Below, one piece after another: positions 41,405-56,193 of a stretch of 64,000 nt of DNA. The notes under the pieces are model-generated. The model saw only the letters and a list, made by a program, of their open reading frames with translations. It ran no database searches and had not been told where the DNA came from. Numbering within the stretch: the stretch's first letter is position 1; the number at the start of each line of letters is the position of its first letter. Made by a program: the position numbers and the translations under genes. This stretch comes from Eledone cirrhosa (lineage: Eukaryota). Location of the stretch: the NCBI GenBank assembly GCA_964016885.1, contig OZ024742.1, positions 19,158,001-19,222,000 on the forward strand, in the 5' to 3' direction.

Positions 41405-44400
41405 AGAAAATTAAGAAGTTTATGGTGTTAACTCACTGTATTGTATTAATGTCCTCATATCAGCCATATTAATTACCGATAATTAAGTCATTACGTATTA
41501 AGAATAAGTTAATGTGTTCATTAGATATTGAGTTAATAAATATATATGTGTGTGTTGAACCGCCATCGGTTCCACCCACGAGCGTTCTAGTTGTTTGATC
41601 AACGGAACAGCCTGTTCATGAATTAACGTTACAAGTGGCTGAACATTCTACAAACACGTGTATTTTTAACGTAGAACTCGGGGTGATTCAGTGTGTATAA
41701 TGTTTTTTAATGTAGAAAGAAAATTAAATGCCGCAAGAATGCAACCACTTAAAATAACATTTCACCGGAAATAGATAGCAAAATTTAATAAGCGGGCGGA
41801 GTGGAATAAGAGCGTGGGGAGGGAATCTGAAATATTAATAAGTGTGTGTGCGTGGCAATGTTGGCCCTTTGAAATACGGGTAAAACTTACCTTTTTTTTT
41901 CGGGCAGCTGAGTGGACTGAGGAGACATGAAATAAATGTTTCGCAGGGAACTCATAATCGTGGCTTGAACGCCCTGACAACTAAGCCACAGTCACTCATC
42001 TTCATTGAGTCTATATAGCTGCCTCTAATCATACATGTCTACTGTATGTACACACATAGTAAATATATATATTCAACAGACAAGTCTAAGAATGGAGATA
42101 TATATGTCCTGCTGGTCACTAACTACTGCAACTATCAACTAACAAGAACTGACAAAAGGAACAATTTGACTCTTGTAAATATTTAGCTGGATTGGTCAAT
42201 CTAATTTGTTTGTATTGTCTCTACTCCGTTTTCTGAGAGTAAGAGCACGTTTTATAACTTAGAGGGAATATATATATATATATTTGTTACTTACCTACTG
42301 AGAAAACTCAAACATTTTGTAGGGGATTAGATTGTTAACCATTAAATACAAAAACCTTCATACTTTAACATTTAATGAAATGTAAAGATAAAAGAGGAAT
42401 TATATTTTTCAACATTGCTTTTTCTTTATATTTATCAATTGACAACTGGAAAATGACTGGCGATTTATTGTGTCAGGGTTCAACGCCACTACATCCTTTT
42501 TTTTCGAAATGCCAAACAACAAATGAACACTTTAAATGTTAGTCTGTTTTGGTTCATTAAGACTGAATATTTTGACATTTGTAAGAAATTATAATTGTGC
42601 AATTCAATATCCTATGAGTGACCTTTATGTTAAATTATGTATTTTTAGGTCATAAAAATCCAGAATTCTTACATCTTATTATTATTATTTTTGATGTGGT
42701 TGATATTGTCAATCAGGCTGTGAATAATTATAGTTAAGCTCCCATAGAGACCGACTACTGGTAAATGATAGACGGCTTAGTTTAACTGAGGAAAGGTGTC
42801 GGGTAAAAATCCTGATTATATATTTCAGCAGATTTACAATGACAATAAAAATTTCTAGGAAAATATGTTTTTTATAATATATCTACTTCGTTTTATTTTC
42901 CGTAATTAACTAATGGACTGTTTGCATTTTTATACGGACAAATGCTCACATATTTAGGTAAGAGGATTCACCAGTGTAGCGTTCATAATATCTCTTGATT
43001 CACCTCCGTCTCTTTCGATGATGGGCGTTCCAATATGTGAGCGTTAGATCAACGACACAGCCTGCTCGTGAAATTGATGTATAAGTGGCTGAACATTCCA
43101 CAGACTCGTGGAGCCCTTAATGCAATTCAGGAGAGATTCAGTGTGACATGGTGTTATGACAAGACTGGCCTTTTGAATTACTGATACAGTCAATTCAACG
43201 GGCTTCCAAACAGTTTCCGTCTACCCGATTTCATTCACAACACAAGGTATGGGTAGACTCGAGGCTGTGATAACCGACACTTGTCCAAAATACCGCGAAG
43301 TAGAGTTGAGCCCGCTACATAATAATTGCAAAGCAAACTTCTTAAATAATTGGCCATGTTGACTATCACTATGGTATCAGCATATAAATGAATTTCATCT
43401 CAAAATTGAGATCAGAAAAACAAACGGTGTAACTATTAACAAACACGAGCTAACAAATCACTCCCCACGTGATGATACTGCATGCTACATATGACAGCCT
43501 AATCTCCCTCATATCACCCCATCACATCATTTTAAAAGGAAAAAGGATTCATTAGATGCATACTGCTTACATACAAACAGGATAGCCATGGCTGGAATGC
43601 TTTTGATCATAGGTATACTCAATCTGGGTTGATCGGAGGCTACGTAACATAACTAACTACTATTACTATTCATTTTACCATATTTTCTGTGTGTACACGC
43701 ATTTCTGTGTGTATTTTACTATATTTTCTGTGTGCACACACATTTCTGTGCGTATATACATACACATTGCAACCTATGATCACCCAACATTTATTTATAT
43801 GTGTGTGTAGAGAGAGTGTGTGTATGTGTGTGTGTGTGTGTGTGTATATGACTGCGATACGGAGACCGGGGAGACCACTAAAGTTAGGAGTACTCAATAC
43901 ATGGGGAGATGCAGAATGCGTATAGAGATATGTAAAATCCTGAACGTGGTGCCAGGCGATTTCGGTTTGTGTGTCACGGTCGAGATTTTAAATCACTCTG
44001 TCTTATATATATATATTATAAAGAGTCGGGACCCAACGGCTGAGCTCTTACCGTTTCAACAGCTACTAGCTGTTGAAACGGCAAGAGCTTAGCTGTCGGG
44101 TCCCGACCCTGTATAATATAATGATACTCTACTACCCCAAATATCAAGTACTCTGTTGAGTAATGGTCTAACCAGTTTCAAACTGAATCCATCCTATATA
44201 CATATATATATATATATGAATATTCATAAAACTGGAGTATTCGCAGCGAGAAAGGTAGCCGTAACAGCTGGATACTATTTGCATAGTAAGGATTTTTTTA
44301 GGGGGGGGGGGGGTTAAGAGATGACCACAAATCAAACGGAGAGAGAGAGAGAAAGTGAGAGAGTGAAATCATGAGATGAGAAATGAGAGGGTTATAGAGA

Positions 44401-44547
44401 GAGGGAAGAGGAAGTGAGGAGAAAAATTGGGATGAAAACGATGGAGCCGGACTTGTAGAAAAGATGGAGAGAATAGACTTTGCATCCTCTGATCAGCCAA
44501 CATTACACAACCTCAGTACATCGTCAAGTATAATTTCTTACAGACGT

Positions 44548-44842
44548 AATTAATTGTTTCTACTTTTGACACAAGGCCAGCAATTATCCCAGGGTATTAC
44601 TAGTACTTTATTTTATCGACCCCGTAATGATGAAAGCAAAGTTAACCTCGGCGATATTTGAACTCAGAATGGCAAGGGCCGTAACTCTATGCGGCAAAGC
44701 ATGGTGTCCGGTCCTCTACCGATACTGCCAATCCACGTAATTAATTGGTTCTACTTTTGGCACAAGGCCAGCAAGTACCCAGTGCATTACTGGTACTTTA
44801 TTTTATCGACCCCATAAGGATGAAAGGCAAAGTTAACCTCGG
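44548..44842 (-). mobile_element. SINE family 1, one full and one partial copy
   Basis: Reverse complement of the core, twice. Confidence 0.8.
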
Positions 44843-46019
44843 TAATTAATGTTTTATAAACAGCATCAAACACCAACCTGAACAGACAAACATTGTTATA
44901 TTCACTTGAAACAAATTTTACTTTAAATCAACTTCAGCTCATTTGTAAGTTTCTCTTTTGTAGCAATATATTCTCCATCAATCATTTAAACATAACAAAA
45001 AGGAAGCCCTGTTGTTGTTCTTATCTTTATCTTCTTACTGTTGTTACACGATGAGTGAGTCTTTAGATAGACCAACTTAACAAAATAATTGCTTTATAAA
45101 TGTTTCCCTATCTCTAGACTACGTTTAGCTACTGTTCCTTCACTACGCACAAGTCTATTTACCTTTCCAAGTCTATCCCGTCATTTCTATGTCTGTTCCA
45201 TTTAACTCACTCTCTCCCACCCTTCCCCCTCTCTCTCTCCGAAAAGTCGTTATCACCGATATAACATCAGATTTCACTTGCTATATAAAGAGTGTATATT
45301 CTCCATCTTTAGTCGTACGATATCAGCAGTTGAAAGGGAATTACACATGTAGTACGAGGTCTGGTTTAGCAGGAATTATGAGTGCAGGTCAAACGTTGAT
45401 TTACAGTACTTTCTGGGTGGTGTTTTCTTTACGGGTTAGAGCAATGAACTGCTTTATTTGTATATGCATACATATATATATATATATACATAGATAAACG
45501 TAATGTTTTTTTACAGTTTGGTAAAACAAAACGAAACAAATTTCACTGCTAATAATCTTAAGGAACTCAATGTTAAATCAGACCAAAACAGATGTATCAT
45601 AACGAGAGTTACTATAGTCGTAGCAACTCAGGGCAATAGACGACGCTCAGTGCGAAACACGTGTGTGCCTATTTAGATGTGTATGTATGCATGTATATAT
45701 ATATATATATATGTTATTAGTACAGATTAAAGTTTATGTAATATATGTTTGCTTTCATACGGGATCTTCTGAAACTCAGAATATATATATATATATATAT
45801 AATCTTTATCGAGCCCTCTTCAGATTTTGATCTCTGTATTTATTATTCCTGTATATACGACCGGAGCTCAGTCGTGGGGGTCATGACGTATTTCCTATAT
45901 ATATATGTGTATGTCTGAGTGTGTGTGTAGAGAGAGAGAGATTTGTGAGGGCACTAAACAATTTCCTCACAAGATTCTAGATTAGCCGTTAGCTTACATA
46001 ACCATACTACATTATGTAG

Positions 46020-46204
46020 ATGGATTGGCAGTGTCGGTAGTGGGTCGGACGCCATGCTCTCCAGCATAGTTACGTCCCTTTACGATCTGAGTTCAAATCC
46101 CGCCGAGGTTGACTTTGCCTTTCATCCTTACGGGGTCGATAAAATAAAGTACCAGTAATACACTGGGATAATTGCTGGCCTTGTGCCTAAAGTAGAAACA
46201 ATTA
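46020..46204 (+). mobile_element. SINE family 1
   Basis: Full head and core. Confidence 0.85.
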
Positions 46205-48111
46205 TATAGATGTTATATAGTGTATTATCCAATGTTTGCACAACCAAACATTTAACCGTCTATAGATTTAATATTTACAGTATACTTAACCACGTGATGC
46301 CTGGGAGATAAGAGAGAAAAAGTTATTCATACTTTTTCCATTCAACAGTCTTGAAAAACGATTACAACATTTAAAAGCCATGAACAAATCCCAAATGAAT
46401 TCAGTTTCGTGTTTACAGCTGTTTTGTCATTAAAAACCTATTTTAAAAAACCTCAACTGGTATATCTGGCAGTTATAATGTTTTCTCTCTATTCTCAATC
46501 TAGTCTCGGTGGATTGTTTGACAACTGAAAGAATCTTAACGTTTTAAATAATATTCTAGTCGCTTCAGTTTTTTTACATTTACTGTTTTTCCACACTTCT
46601 AACATAGTTGCTAATACATGAAGGATTCTAGGGTCACCGAATGGAGAGGGAGAAGGAAAGGGTGATGGGAGCATTTCTGCGGACAATGGCCAGCGACACT
46701 CACTGCAAAAGCCACCCCCACCTCACGGGGCTCTCATTTATGGCTTTTATATTCTTTTCCTCTATTTTCCCACATAGCCAAATCTGCCCTACTTTACCCT
46801 TCCCCATTTGTAATATTATTTATACAATTGTAAATACAATTCTTAAAGAACTGAATACATGGAAAGTTTTAAAACGATGTAAGTATTTCTGAACATTATT
46901 ATCAAATTTAAGGTGATAAATTGGTAAAGTCTTTAGAACGTCGGAAAGACTGCCATATGGTATTCGTTTTTACTATATAAATAGGTTTATTTACAATAGT
47001 TTATAACTTTGCCTGGCCTCCCCACAGCCCTTCCTGCCGGACTCAATTTCACATTTAATTTTTTTTTAAGCTCGGATACTATGGATATATGGTTAGCATG
47101 TCTCAGAAAAGAATTGCTGGACAGATTTATTATTTAATACTTTGTTTCATTGCCATATTTAAATATTTCTATCTTTCTTTTTACATTTTGTTTTGTGCAT
47201 AAATACAAGTGTGTGTATATGAAGTCATCGAAGTGGAGTCAATTATGAAACATTTCAGACACCACAACTGTATATAAGTTATATTATTATAGTTTAGAAT
47301 GATATCAATATATATTTAACTTTAGATATTTATGTACGTTATCGTTATCATTTGTCAGCGCAACCCGTTTTTGTGTTTCAATGACAGTCAAAATATAACT
47401 GATAAAGCCATTGTGTCAATGTGACTTCTTCATTGTACTAGATATTTCAAATAATAGTTCTTGATCAAGTTGATATATATATATATAATGATAAGAAACG
47501 AAAGGAGGTGTGTGGTTACTGTAAACAGAGTTTAAGATGATAGTATGCACGAAACAAGAGAAGAAAAGAAAAGAAGAAAAGAATCCTTCATCAGCTGTAA
47601 AAACCGAGATCAAGATGTTTCGCCGCTTAAATACAGGACATCTATAAGCAATCAGCGGTGCGCCCAAGGCCTTTTCTCAATCAAAAGGCCAGGAGGGTAA
47701 GAAGAAAAAAAGGAAGGAAAAAGAAGAAAAAAGAAAGAAGAAAAAAAGGAAGAAGAACAAAGAGGAAACTGCTTTTTTTATATCAGTCAAATAAATAGAA
47801 AAGAAAGCAGCATTGGAAAGGACTATGCCATAAATGAGAGAAAAAGGAGGGGAAGAACAAGGACTACTAGACAAAGGAAGAAAGATAGGAGAGGATGATA
47901 GACTCTACATCTAAGTCAGAGTAAGGTTTCTGCTGCGCCCCACAGACAATGGCCAGCGACAGACGCTGCACCAGCCATGCCACGGAGCTTCTTCCTCAGA
48001 TGGACTGCTATCCATCCCATTTTACTGTAGGCTGTGGATTGAACACCGAGATACAGTAATGGAGTCCTCAATTTCTAACTCTTGCTGTATAATTAGACAG
48101 TTGATTAAGAA

Positions 48112-48490
48112 ATAATTGTATCTACTTTTAGCACAAGGCCAGCAATTATCCCAGTTCATTACTGGTACTTTATTTTATCGACCCCGTAAGGATGAAAGGC
48201 AAGTTAACCTCGGCGGGATTTGAACTCAGATCGTAAAGGGCCGTAACTCTATGCTGCAAAGCATGGCCTCCCACCCTCTACCGATACTGCCAATCCGACC
48301 CGCTTAGAGTTCTTATTTTTGGCACAAAGCCAGCAATTACCCAGTGTATTACTGGTACTTTATTTTATCGACCCCGTAAGGATGAAGGCAAAGTTAACTT
48401 CGGCGGGATTTGAACTCAGAATGTAAAGGGACATAACTCTATGCAGCAAATCATGATGTCTGACGCTATACCGATATTGCTAATCCACAA
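48112..48490 (-). mobile_element. SINE family 1, two tandem copies
   Basis: Reverse complement of head and core, twice. Confidence 0.85.
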
Positions 48491-49099
48491 TAATAATAAT
48501 TAATTCATAATAATAAAAACCATGCATTTTTAATTATCATATCTTCTTTCTATAGTTAATTAATTAATTAATGATGTCTGATTTACGCGCAAGACCAACA
48601 ATTAGATAAAGCATAACAATTAATTTGAAACAATAAAGACCAGACACTTTTAATTACAATATCTCCTTCCTATAGTTAATTAACTAGTGATGTCTCATTT
48701 AGGCATAAGTCCAACAACTTGTGGGGAGGGGAAAGTCGATTACACAACGCCAGTCTAAATATCTCTAAATATTTCTAAATATTTCTAAGAATTTTGTCCG
48801 ACGCTCTACCAATTCTACGCTCTCATAGTTAATACAATATACTGCAGGAGATATTAGCAACCACTGGTCTTATAAAGATTAATAGATGGTAGCTCATACA
48901 GAATATTAAATGGTGTAAGATATATTAAAATAGAAGGATGATAACTAAATACTGATTCATGACTTCCTGAAAGATGTCTGGCTTAGAAAGGAAAGGATAT
49001 ATTCAGCTTTGATATCTGGTAAATTTGGCTGTGACAGACCGACATACTAACATAAACGAAACATGTTTTCAACGAGTGAATCTATATGAGCACACACAC

Positions 49100-49149
<50 letters not shown>

Positions 49150-49363
49150 CACACATACACACACACATACACACACAGACACACATAAACACACACAGAA
49201 ACACACACATACACACACATACACACATACACGCATACGCACACACACACATATATATACACACACACTCTCTCTCTCACACAAACACACACTCACACAC
49301 ACATACACACACACTCACACACACACACACACACACTCTCACACACATATACATGCATACACA

Positions 49364-49720
49364 CAGTGGAGCCTCGGTTCAGGAACGTCTCTCATCACGA
49401 ACAAATCGGTTTACGAACAATTCTTTCCAAACATAAAACGTCCCGGTTAACGAATGGTGTCTCGAGTAGCGAACACGCAAGCCGGCAACAACAGTTGGCA
49501 ACAAGCTTGGAGTATGGGCGGGAAAGCGTCACTTGCTGTGTACTTAGTTACTATGGTGATATCTATCTGTCTTTCTCACACACAGTCTCGCAGTCTCTAT
49601 CTCTTTACCCCTTTTTCTTTCTCAGCATTTCGTATGGGATTAACAGTTTCTTTTTAAGATCATTTGGGATAACGAACGGCCTTCAGGAACAAATTATGTT
49701 TGTGAACCGAGGATCCACTA
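49364..49720. mobile_element. pogo/Tigger-type MITE
   Basis: CAGTGGAGCCTCGGTTCA / TGAACCGAGGATCCACT termini and subterminal ACGAAC repeats. Confidence 0.7.
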
Positions 49721-49797
<77 letters not shown>

Positions 49798-49894
49798 ATC
49801 AGTCAAGTATCTACATAGTTGAAACATTCGACAGGGACTATACATACTAAAAAACAATACATATGAATTATCTAATACAAACAGCAAAAGGGAT

Positions 49895-50190
49895 CCGATA
49901 CTACTACTTCTTGTTGACTCCTTATTCCAGAGAGGATCGTGGGGGGAGCTGAGTCCTCAAACACTCCTTCCAGCAGATCCTGTCAGAAGCAGCCGTCTCC
50001 AACTGATCCAGCTGGATCTCCAAGCGAGACCAACCAAGCTCATGGATGTTATCCGACTATCTTGCTCGGGGTCTACCCCTGGGTCTCCTGCCGGTTGGTT
50101 TTGCCTGTAAAATCTGTCCAGCGATTCTTTCCTGAGCCATTCTAACCACATGTCCATAGTACCGGAGCTGTGATCTCTCAATCCAGAGAT
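49895..50190 (-). mobile_element. RTE-clade LINE 3' fragment
   Basis: Translates to QLRYYGHVVRMAQERI..ILQAKPTGRRPRGRPRARWSDNI (GH..RM and RP.GRP..RW.D.I are RTE C-terminal motifs). Short (GTA)n tail. Confidence 0.8.
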
Positions 50191-51089
50191 TCTTTCCTGA
50201 GCCATTCTAACCACATGCTCATAGTACCGGAGCTATGATATCTCAATCCAGAGATTCTTTCCTGAGCCATTCTAACCACATGTCCATAGTACCGGAGCTA
50301 TGATATCTCAATCCAGAGATTCTTTCCTGAGCCATTCTAACCACATGTCCATAGTACCGGAGCTATGATATCTCAATCCAGAGATTCTTTCCTGAGCCAT
50401 TCTAACCACATGTCCATAGTACCGGAGCTGTGATCTCTCAATCAAGAGATTCTTTCCTGAGCCATTCTAACCACATGTCCATAGTATCGGAGCTGTGATC
50501 TCTCAATCCAGAGATTCTTTCCTGAGCCATTCTAACCACATGTCCATAGTATCGGAGCTGTGATCTCTCAATCAAGAGATTCTTTCCTGAGCCATTCTAA
50601 CCACATGTCCATAGTATCGGAGCTGTGATCTCTCAATCAAGAGATTCTTTCCTGAGCCATTCTAACCACATGTCCATAGTATCGGAGCTGTGATCTCTCA
50701 ATCCAGAGATTCTTTCCTGAGCCATTCTAACCACATGTCCATAGTATCGGAGCTGTGATCTCTCAATCAAGAGATTCTTTCCTGAGCCATTCTAACCACA
50801 TGTCCATAGTATCGGAGCTGTGATCTCTCAATCAAGAGATTCTTTCCTGAGCCATTCTAACCACATGTCCATAGTATCGGAGCTGTGATCTCTCAATCAA
50901 GAGATTCTTTCCTGAGCCATTCTAACCACATGTCCATAGTATCGGAGCTGTGATCTCTCAATCCAGAGATTCTTTCCTGAGCCATTCTAACCACATGTCC
51001 ATAGTATCGGAGCTGTGATCTCTCAATCAAGAGATTCTTTCCTGGGCCATTCTAACCACATGTCCATAGTTCCGGAGCTATGATCTCTC
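50123..51089. repeat. 65-bp tandem repeat, about 15 copies, derived from RTE coding sequence
   Basis: Unit GATTCTTTCCTGAGCCATTCTAACCACATGTCCATAGTAYCGGAGCTRTGATCTCTCAATCMAGA. Confidence 0.95.
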
Positions 51090-51510
51090 GGGTACATAAT
51101 TTTAAAATAATAATTTAATACATGATATTAAATGTGTAACTCAGTAGATGGCTATTTTCATGTTAGGATCAATTTTTCCAATTTCAGTTTATAGACTACT
51201 TCGTGTCGATGGTAGTGAGTAGGGTGATGGTTCTAGGACCTAGGACACCTGAAGTCTCCAGAGCTTGGATTAGTCTGCACCAGGTTGCCGCTGGAGAAAG
51301 TGTCGCTGCATATGGCATCCCAGACTAAGTGAAGATGTTTATTTAGACTGGGGACCGTCTGTCTAGCTTCAAAATACATTAAATATCGTTGCCTAAAGGC
51401 AGAATAGTCCCTACTCCTTATTCAGCGTCAGACCGGTTATTTCACATTTAAGAATGTATGTGTGTGTATTATATCATAAGCCACGAATGTTTGAGCTAGG
51501 TTTTATAGAC

Positions 51511-51543
51511 ACATTTTATTACCTGCCACTGTATAAAATACCA

Positions 51544-51603
<60 letters not shown>

Positions 51604-51636
51604 TGGTATTTTATACAGTGGCAGGTAATAAAATGT
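51511..51636. repeat. perfect inverted repeat around (TA)n
   Basis: ACATTTTATTACCTGCCACTGTATAAAATACCACTG-(AT)n-CAGTGGTATTTTATACAGTGGCAGGTAATAAAATGT. Confidence 0.85.
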
Positions 51637-52220
51637 ATATATTTATATATATATATATATAAATAAATTATCGAGAATCGGAACCTCGGCCCACGAAATA
51701 ACGAAACAATCTTCGAAATGTGTGGCAAAGTGCTCAATAGTTTGGATAAACCAGAGCTATAACTAACGTTTAATACCAACACACTGAGACGATGCTTAAA
51801 CAATCATTCGCACAGCCGAAAATACGACCAAGAAAATTCGGGTCAGACAAATAAAAATATATATGAATGAAAAATTTACCCGGACCCCCTGGAAAGATGG
51901 TAAATTCCAGCATTTGGGTTTCTGCGGCTCCTAAATCAGTTAAGGTCAGCTTACATGAAAAATATCCGGCTTCTGGTAAGATGATGAACAAGGAAGCCAC
52001 TTTTTCAACAGCCGTTTAGTTCAATAATACAAGGGAACCCGTTACTAAATCCACGTGGGGACTAGCAAGGGATGGAACCCCTATATTAGGCGAATGAATT
52101 CAGTAGTGTATATTATTGTAAAAATACGCGAGTTTGTCACTACTCTAAAACAATAGCATACGGTCTTCAAAATGCTTTTAATTAAGCATAAAGTGTATTG
52201 CAAAATACATTATATATACA

Positions 52221-52254
<34 letters not shown>

Positions 52255-52386
52255 AGAAAAACCACAGACCCTCCATCTCAACTCTACTTTTGAAAAGCAG
52301 AAGAACTGAGAAACCGGTAAAGGAACAAAATAAATATATATATTTAAAAAAAAAATAAGACTCCAGTTGCATTTTCGATTTCATCT

Positions 52387-52476
<90 letters not shown>

Positions 52477-52671
52477 GTATGTATTTATGTAAGAGAGAGA
52501 AACTCAAAGAATCTTTTTAAGAATCGTGTTTAAAGTGAATAAAGGCTGCAACAGAGAAAGCCTAAGAATCTTCAAAAATTACGACGAGTTAGGGGGCTTG
52601 TTTTTCTCCTTTTTTTTAATTTACCAGAATTTGTTTTAATTTTGGGATTCCTTCTGCCACCTGTGACCCTG

Positions 52672-52905
52672 GGGGATCACAGCTCCGATACTATGGGCAT
52701 GTGGTCAGAATGTCACAGGAAAGAATCATTGGACAGATTTTACGGGCAAAATCAACCGACAGGAGACCCTGGAATAGATGGTTGGATAATATCCATGAAC
52801 TCGGCTGGTTTCACTTGGGGATCCAGCCGGATCAGTTGGAGATGGTTGCTTCTGACAGGACCCACCCGAAGAAGTGTTTAAGGACTCTGCCACCACTACC
52901 CTCTC
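52672..52905 (+). mobile_element. RTE-clade LINE 3' fragment, same family as 49895-50190
   Basis: SQLRYYGHVVRMSQERIIGQILRAKSTDRRP..RWLDNIHELGW. Confidence 0.75.
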
Positions 52906-54534
52906 AAGGCGCATGGCTTAGTGGTTAGAGCATTGGGCTTCAATTCTCGGACCGGGTGATGTGTTGTTTCCTTGAGTAAGACACTTTATTTCACGTTGCT
53001 CCAGTTTACTCAGCTGTAGAAATGAGATGATAGGGACTGGGGTCCCTATCATTAAATCACCCAAGACACCTCCAACGAGATTTACCTTGGAGGAGGCCAG
53101 CTAAACCTGCATAGGTGTGAGCTGTCACACACACACACACACACCCTCTCGGGGAGAAGGAGAAGGTATTTAAAATGAATAAAGACTGAAATAACAGAAA
53201 TAATTCTGAAGAAACGCATGAGATGTAATCAACGTGAAATATCACATAACATATACAATACGTGTCATATCAGTTGATAGTATTAGCTATAGTTTTGGTT
53301 TTATCAGTGTCTAACTGCAGCAAGTGGTAGACAATTAACATTGAAGTGTAGCTTTACAAGATAACATTTGCTGCAATTTGGCGTCTCTTCTTCGATCATC
53401 ATCATCATCATTATAATCATCATTAAACTTCAGCAACTCTGCTGCAAACATTGGAATTTAATTTCGTTATAATCAGTTGTGGTTCCCTAGGGGTAGTCTT
53501 GATCTTCGGGGGAATTTGAGTCTCTGAACGTATATTGTTGGAACAGATATCGCAAGGCCATTTCGTCCGACCCTTTAATTTCACACCACCACCACAACAA
53601 CAAAAACAACAACAACCGGCATGGACAGGTACTTTATCTTATCGCCACCAACTCACCCGATTGGATGATTGTCAAATTTGACCTCTGGTGGATTTGAACT
53701 CACAACGAAGAAAGCTGACACAAATACCACACCCTAACTGCCTACACCAATTCACCGCCAGGAACATTTTACTGAATTCTTTTACATTGCAATAATATAA
53801 AAATTTCAAATATTTTCTATGGTGGACAAACAACATAGCTGACGTTGTTATTCCGTGATAACATCGGTGAAGAAGAATTGAATCTAAGTAAAACAGGGTT
53901 AAACAGAAACAGGATCTCGTTTCAATATCGAGAGCTTCTTACTAAGGTTTCTTTTCCATATAACTGTTGGTTTCTGTTTAAGATAGAGTAGGGTTTTGGG
54001 CGGCGAATTGGTAGAGTCGTTAGAGCGTAGAAAAATATGATTTGCGGTGTTTATTTCAGCAACTGTACCTTAAATTCAAATTCCGTCGAGATTAACTTTG
54101 TTTTTCATTCTTTCATCAAGCAATAGGAACAATCCTCGTCAAAATTATGGGAGGTCCATTCCGTTCTGTAGCGGTTGGTGTTAGATACAAATACACTTTA
54201 AAAATTAACTAATATCTCTCTTTGTTGTTATACAGGATAATGAAAATATAGTTGATTTAAATAACATTACAAATGGGGAAGGAGTAAAGAAGGGCAGATC
54301 TGGTTGTATGGGAAAGGACTATAAAATCCACGAGGGGAAAATGATGGGGATCAAGGATTCTACGGGCACATAAGAAAAGGAGGGGGAAGGGAAGAGGGTT
54401 CTGGGCTCTGGGCCTAAGGTGCGGTGGTGTTGGGGATACGCTTCGCGGACAAAACTGCAAAAACATTTCTGCGGACAATGGCTAGTGACACCCGCTGCAA
54501 CAGATTAATATGGATGTATTATTATACCATAAAC

Positions 54535-55978
54535 AAGGGCAGTATCGTTAGGGCATCAATCATGCTTTACGATATAGAATTATGGCCCTTTATGTTCTGA
54601 GTTCAAATCCTACCGAGGTTAGCTTTACCTTTCATCCTTACTGAGTCGATAAAATAAAGTTTTAGTAACACACTAGGGTCGATTTAATCGACTTTCCCCT
54701 TCGCTTCAAATTGATGGCCTTATGCCTAAATCAGGGATCCTTATTATGCTATAATCAGGATGGAGCAGGCGTCATTTCTCTTAAGTTTTTTGAAATATTA
54801 AAGTGGAGTTTTTGCTGCTGCAGTGAAAACACTCCACATTTGGTAAGATTTTTCTTTCGTTTCCCTTTATTGTTCATAATATTTTGGTGTTGTGTTTCCC
54901 TGAAAAGACTTCGTGGTGCTATTACAATACAAATATAAGATTACAACGAGATAGAAAAATACGTTATGACGTTACATGGTAATATAATAATTGGTGCTAC
55001 CTAATAACATTCTTTCTACTTTAACCAACTAATATATTCAGCGACACCAGCTGAAATATACGCCCTGGGATTATTACAATGTGACAGCACTGTTATCATG
55101 CTATCTGAATATAGTTTTATTGTTGAATTACACCGGGCGGTGGATTGGCAGAGCGTCGGACACCATGCTTAGTAGAATAGAGTTATAACCTGAGTTCAAA
55201 CCCCGCCGAGGTTAGCTTTGCCTTTCATCCTTACGGGGTCGATAAAATAAAGTACCAGTCACGCACTAGGGTCGATTTAATCGACTTTCCCCCTCTTCTT
55301 AATATTACTCGTTTTATGCCTAAATCAGAAACCATTATTGAACGACACCGGGTGGTGGATTGGCAGTATCGGTAGAGCGTCGGACACAATGCTTTGTAGC
55401 ATAGACTTACGGCCCATTACGTTCTGAGTTCAAATCCCACCGAGCTTAGCTTCGCCTTTCATCCTTACGAGATCTTTAAAATAAAGTACCAGTAACGCAC
55501 TGGGTTGATTTAAACGACTTGCTCCTCCCCTTCAAATTACTGAGCTTGTGCCTAAAGCAGAAACAATTATTGAACGACACCAAACTATATATTTCATATT
55601 GGCGTCGTAGTAGTTTCCTTTTTGTCTAAAATCAGTTTTCATCAAATTTGCTTAAAACAAAATGAAAATATTTCAAGTTGATCCAAGTTGTGGGATACCA
55701 AAGACTCTCTCAAAATATATTTATCAGATTTCTTACTAGATATGACTGTTTTATTGTTTCAAAATGATTTGTAACTAGTTTGTTCATTGTGGATTGGCAG
55801 TGTCGGTAGAGGGTCTGACGCCATGCTTTGCAGCAAAGAGTTACGGCGCTTTATTGTCTGAGTTCAAATCCCGCCGAAGTTAATTTTGCCTTTCATCCTT
55901 ACGAGGTCGATAAAATAAAGTACTAGTAATGCACTGGAGTAATTGCCGGCCTTGTGCCAAAAGTAGAAATAATTATTA
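54535..55978 (+). mobile_element. cluster of four SINE family 1 copies (54535, 55133, 55350, 55788)
   Basis: Head and core in each. The 55350 copy is flanked by the direct repeat ATTATTGAACGACACC (TSD-like). Confidence 0.8.
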
Positions 55979-56055
55979 AGTGATAAGGTTCTGTAGTTTG
56001 CTTGAAGCATCGTCTAAAGCGGAAAAAATATGAATATAAGAATGGTGCGCTTATG

Positions 56056-56193
56056 CGCGGAGATACTATATGATAGCTTACAAAATAGGGTAAAGAAGAC
56101 CCTTAAAAGACGGGAAGGTTACCATCGGCTGCTTTGAGGAATAATACTCCACATCTCCCCTATATCATAAGCTATTTTATAGTATCTCCGCGC
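56056..56193. repeat. inverted repeat, possible MITE
   Basis: GCGCGGAGATACTATA..ATAGCTTA / TAAGCTAT..TATAGTATCTCCGCGC. Confidence 0.55.

Noticed and set aside
45632-45669. Hammerhead-like GGCA..GACGA..GCGAAACACGTG..TGCC (similar weak case at 53206-53250)
   Set aside because: Core too decayed to call as a feature, though possibly a relic.
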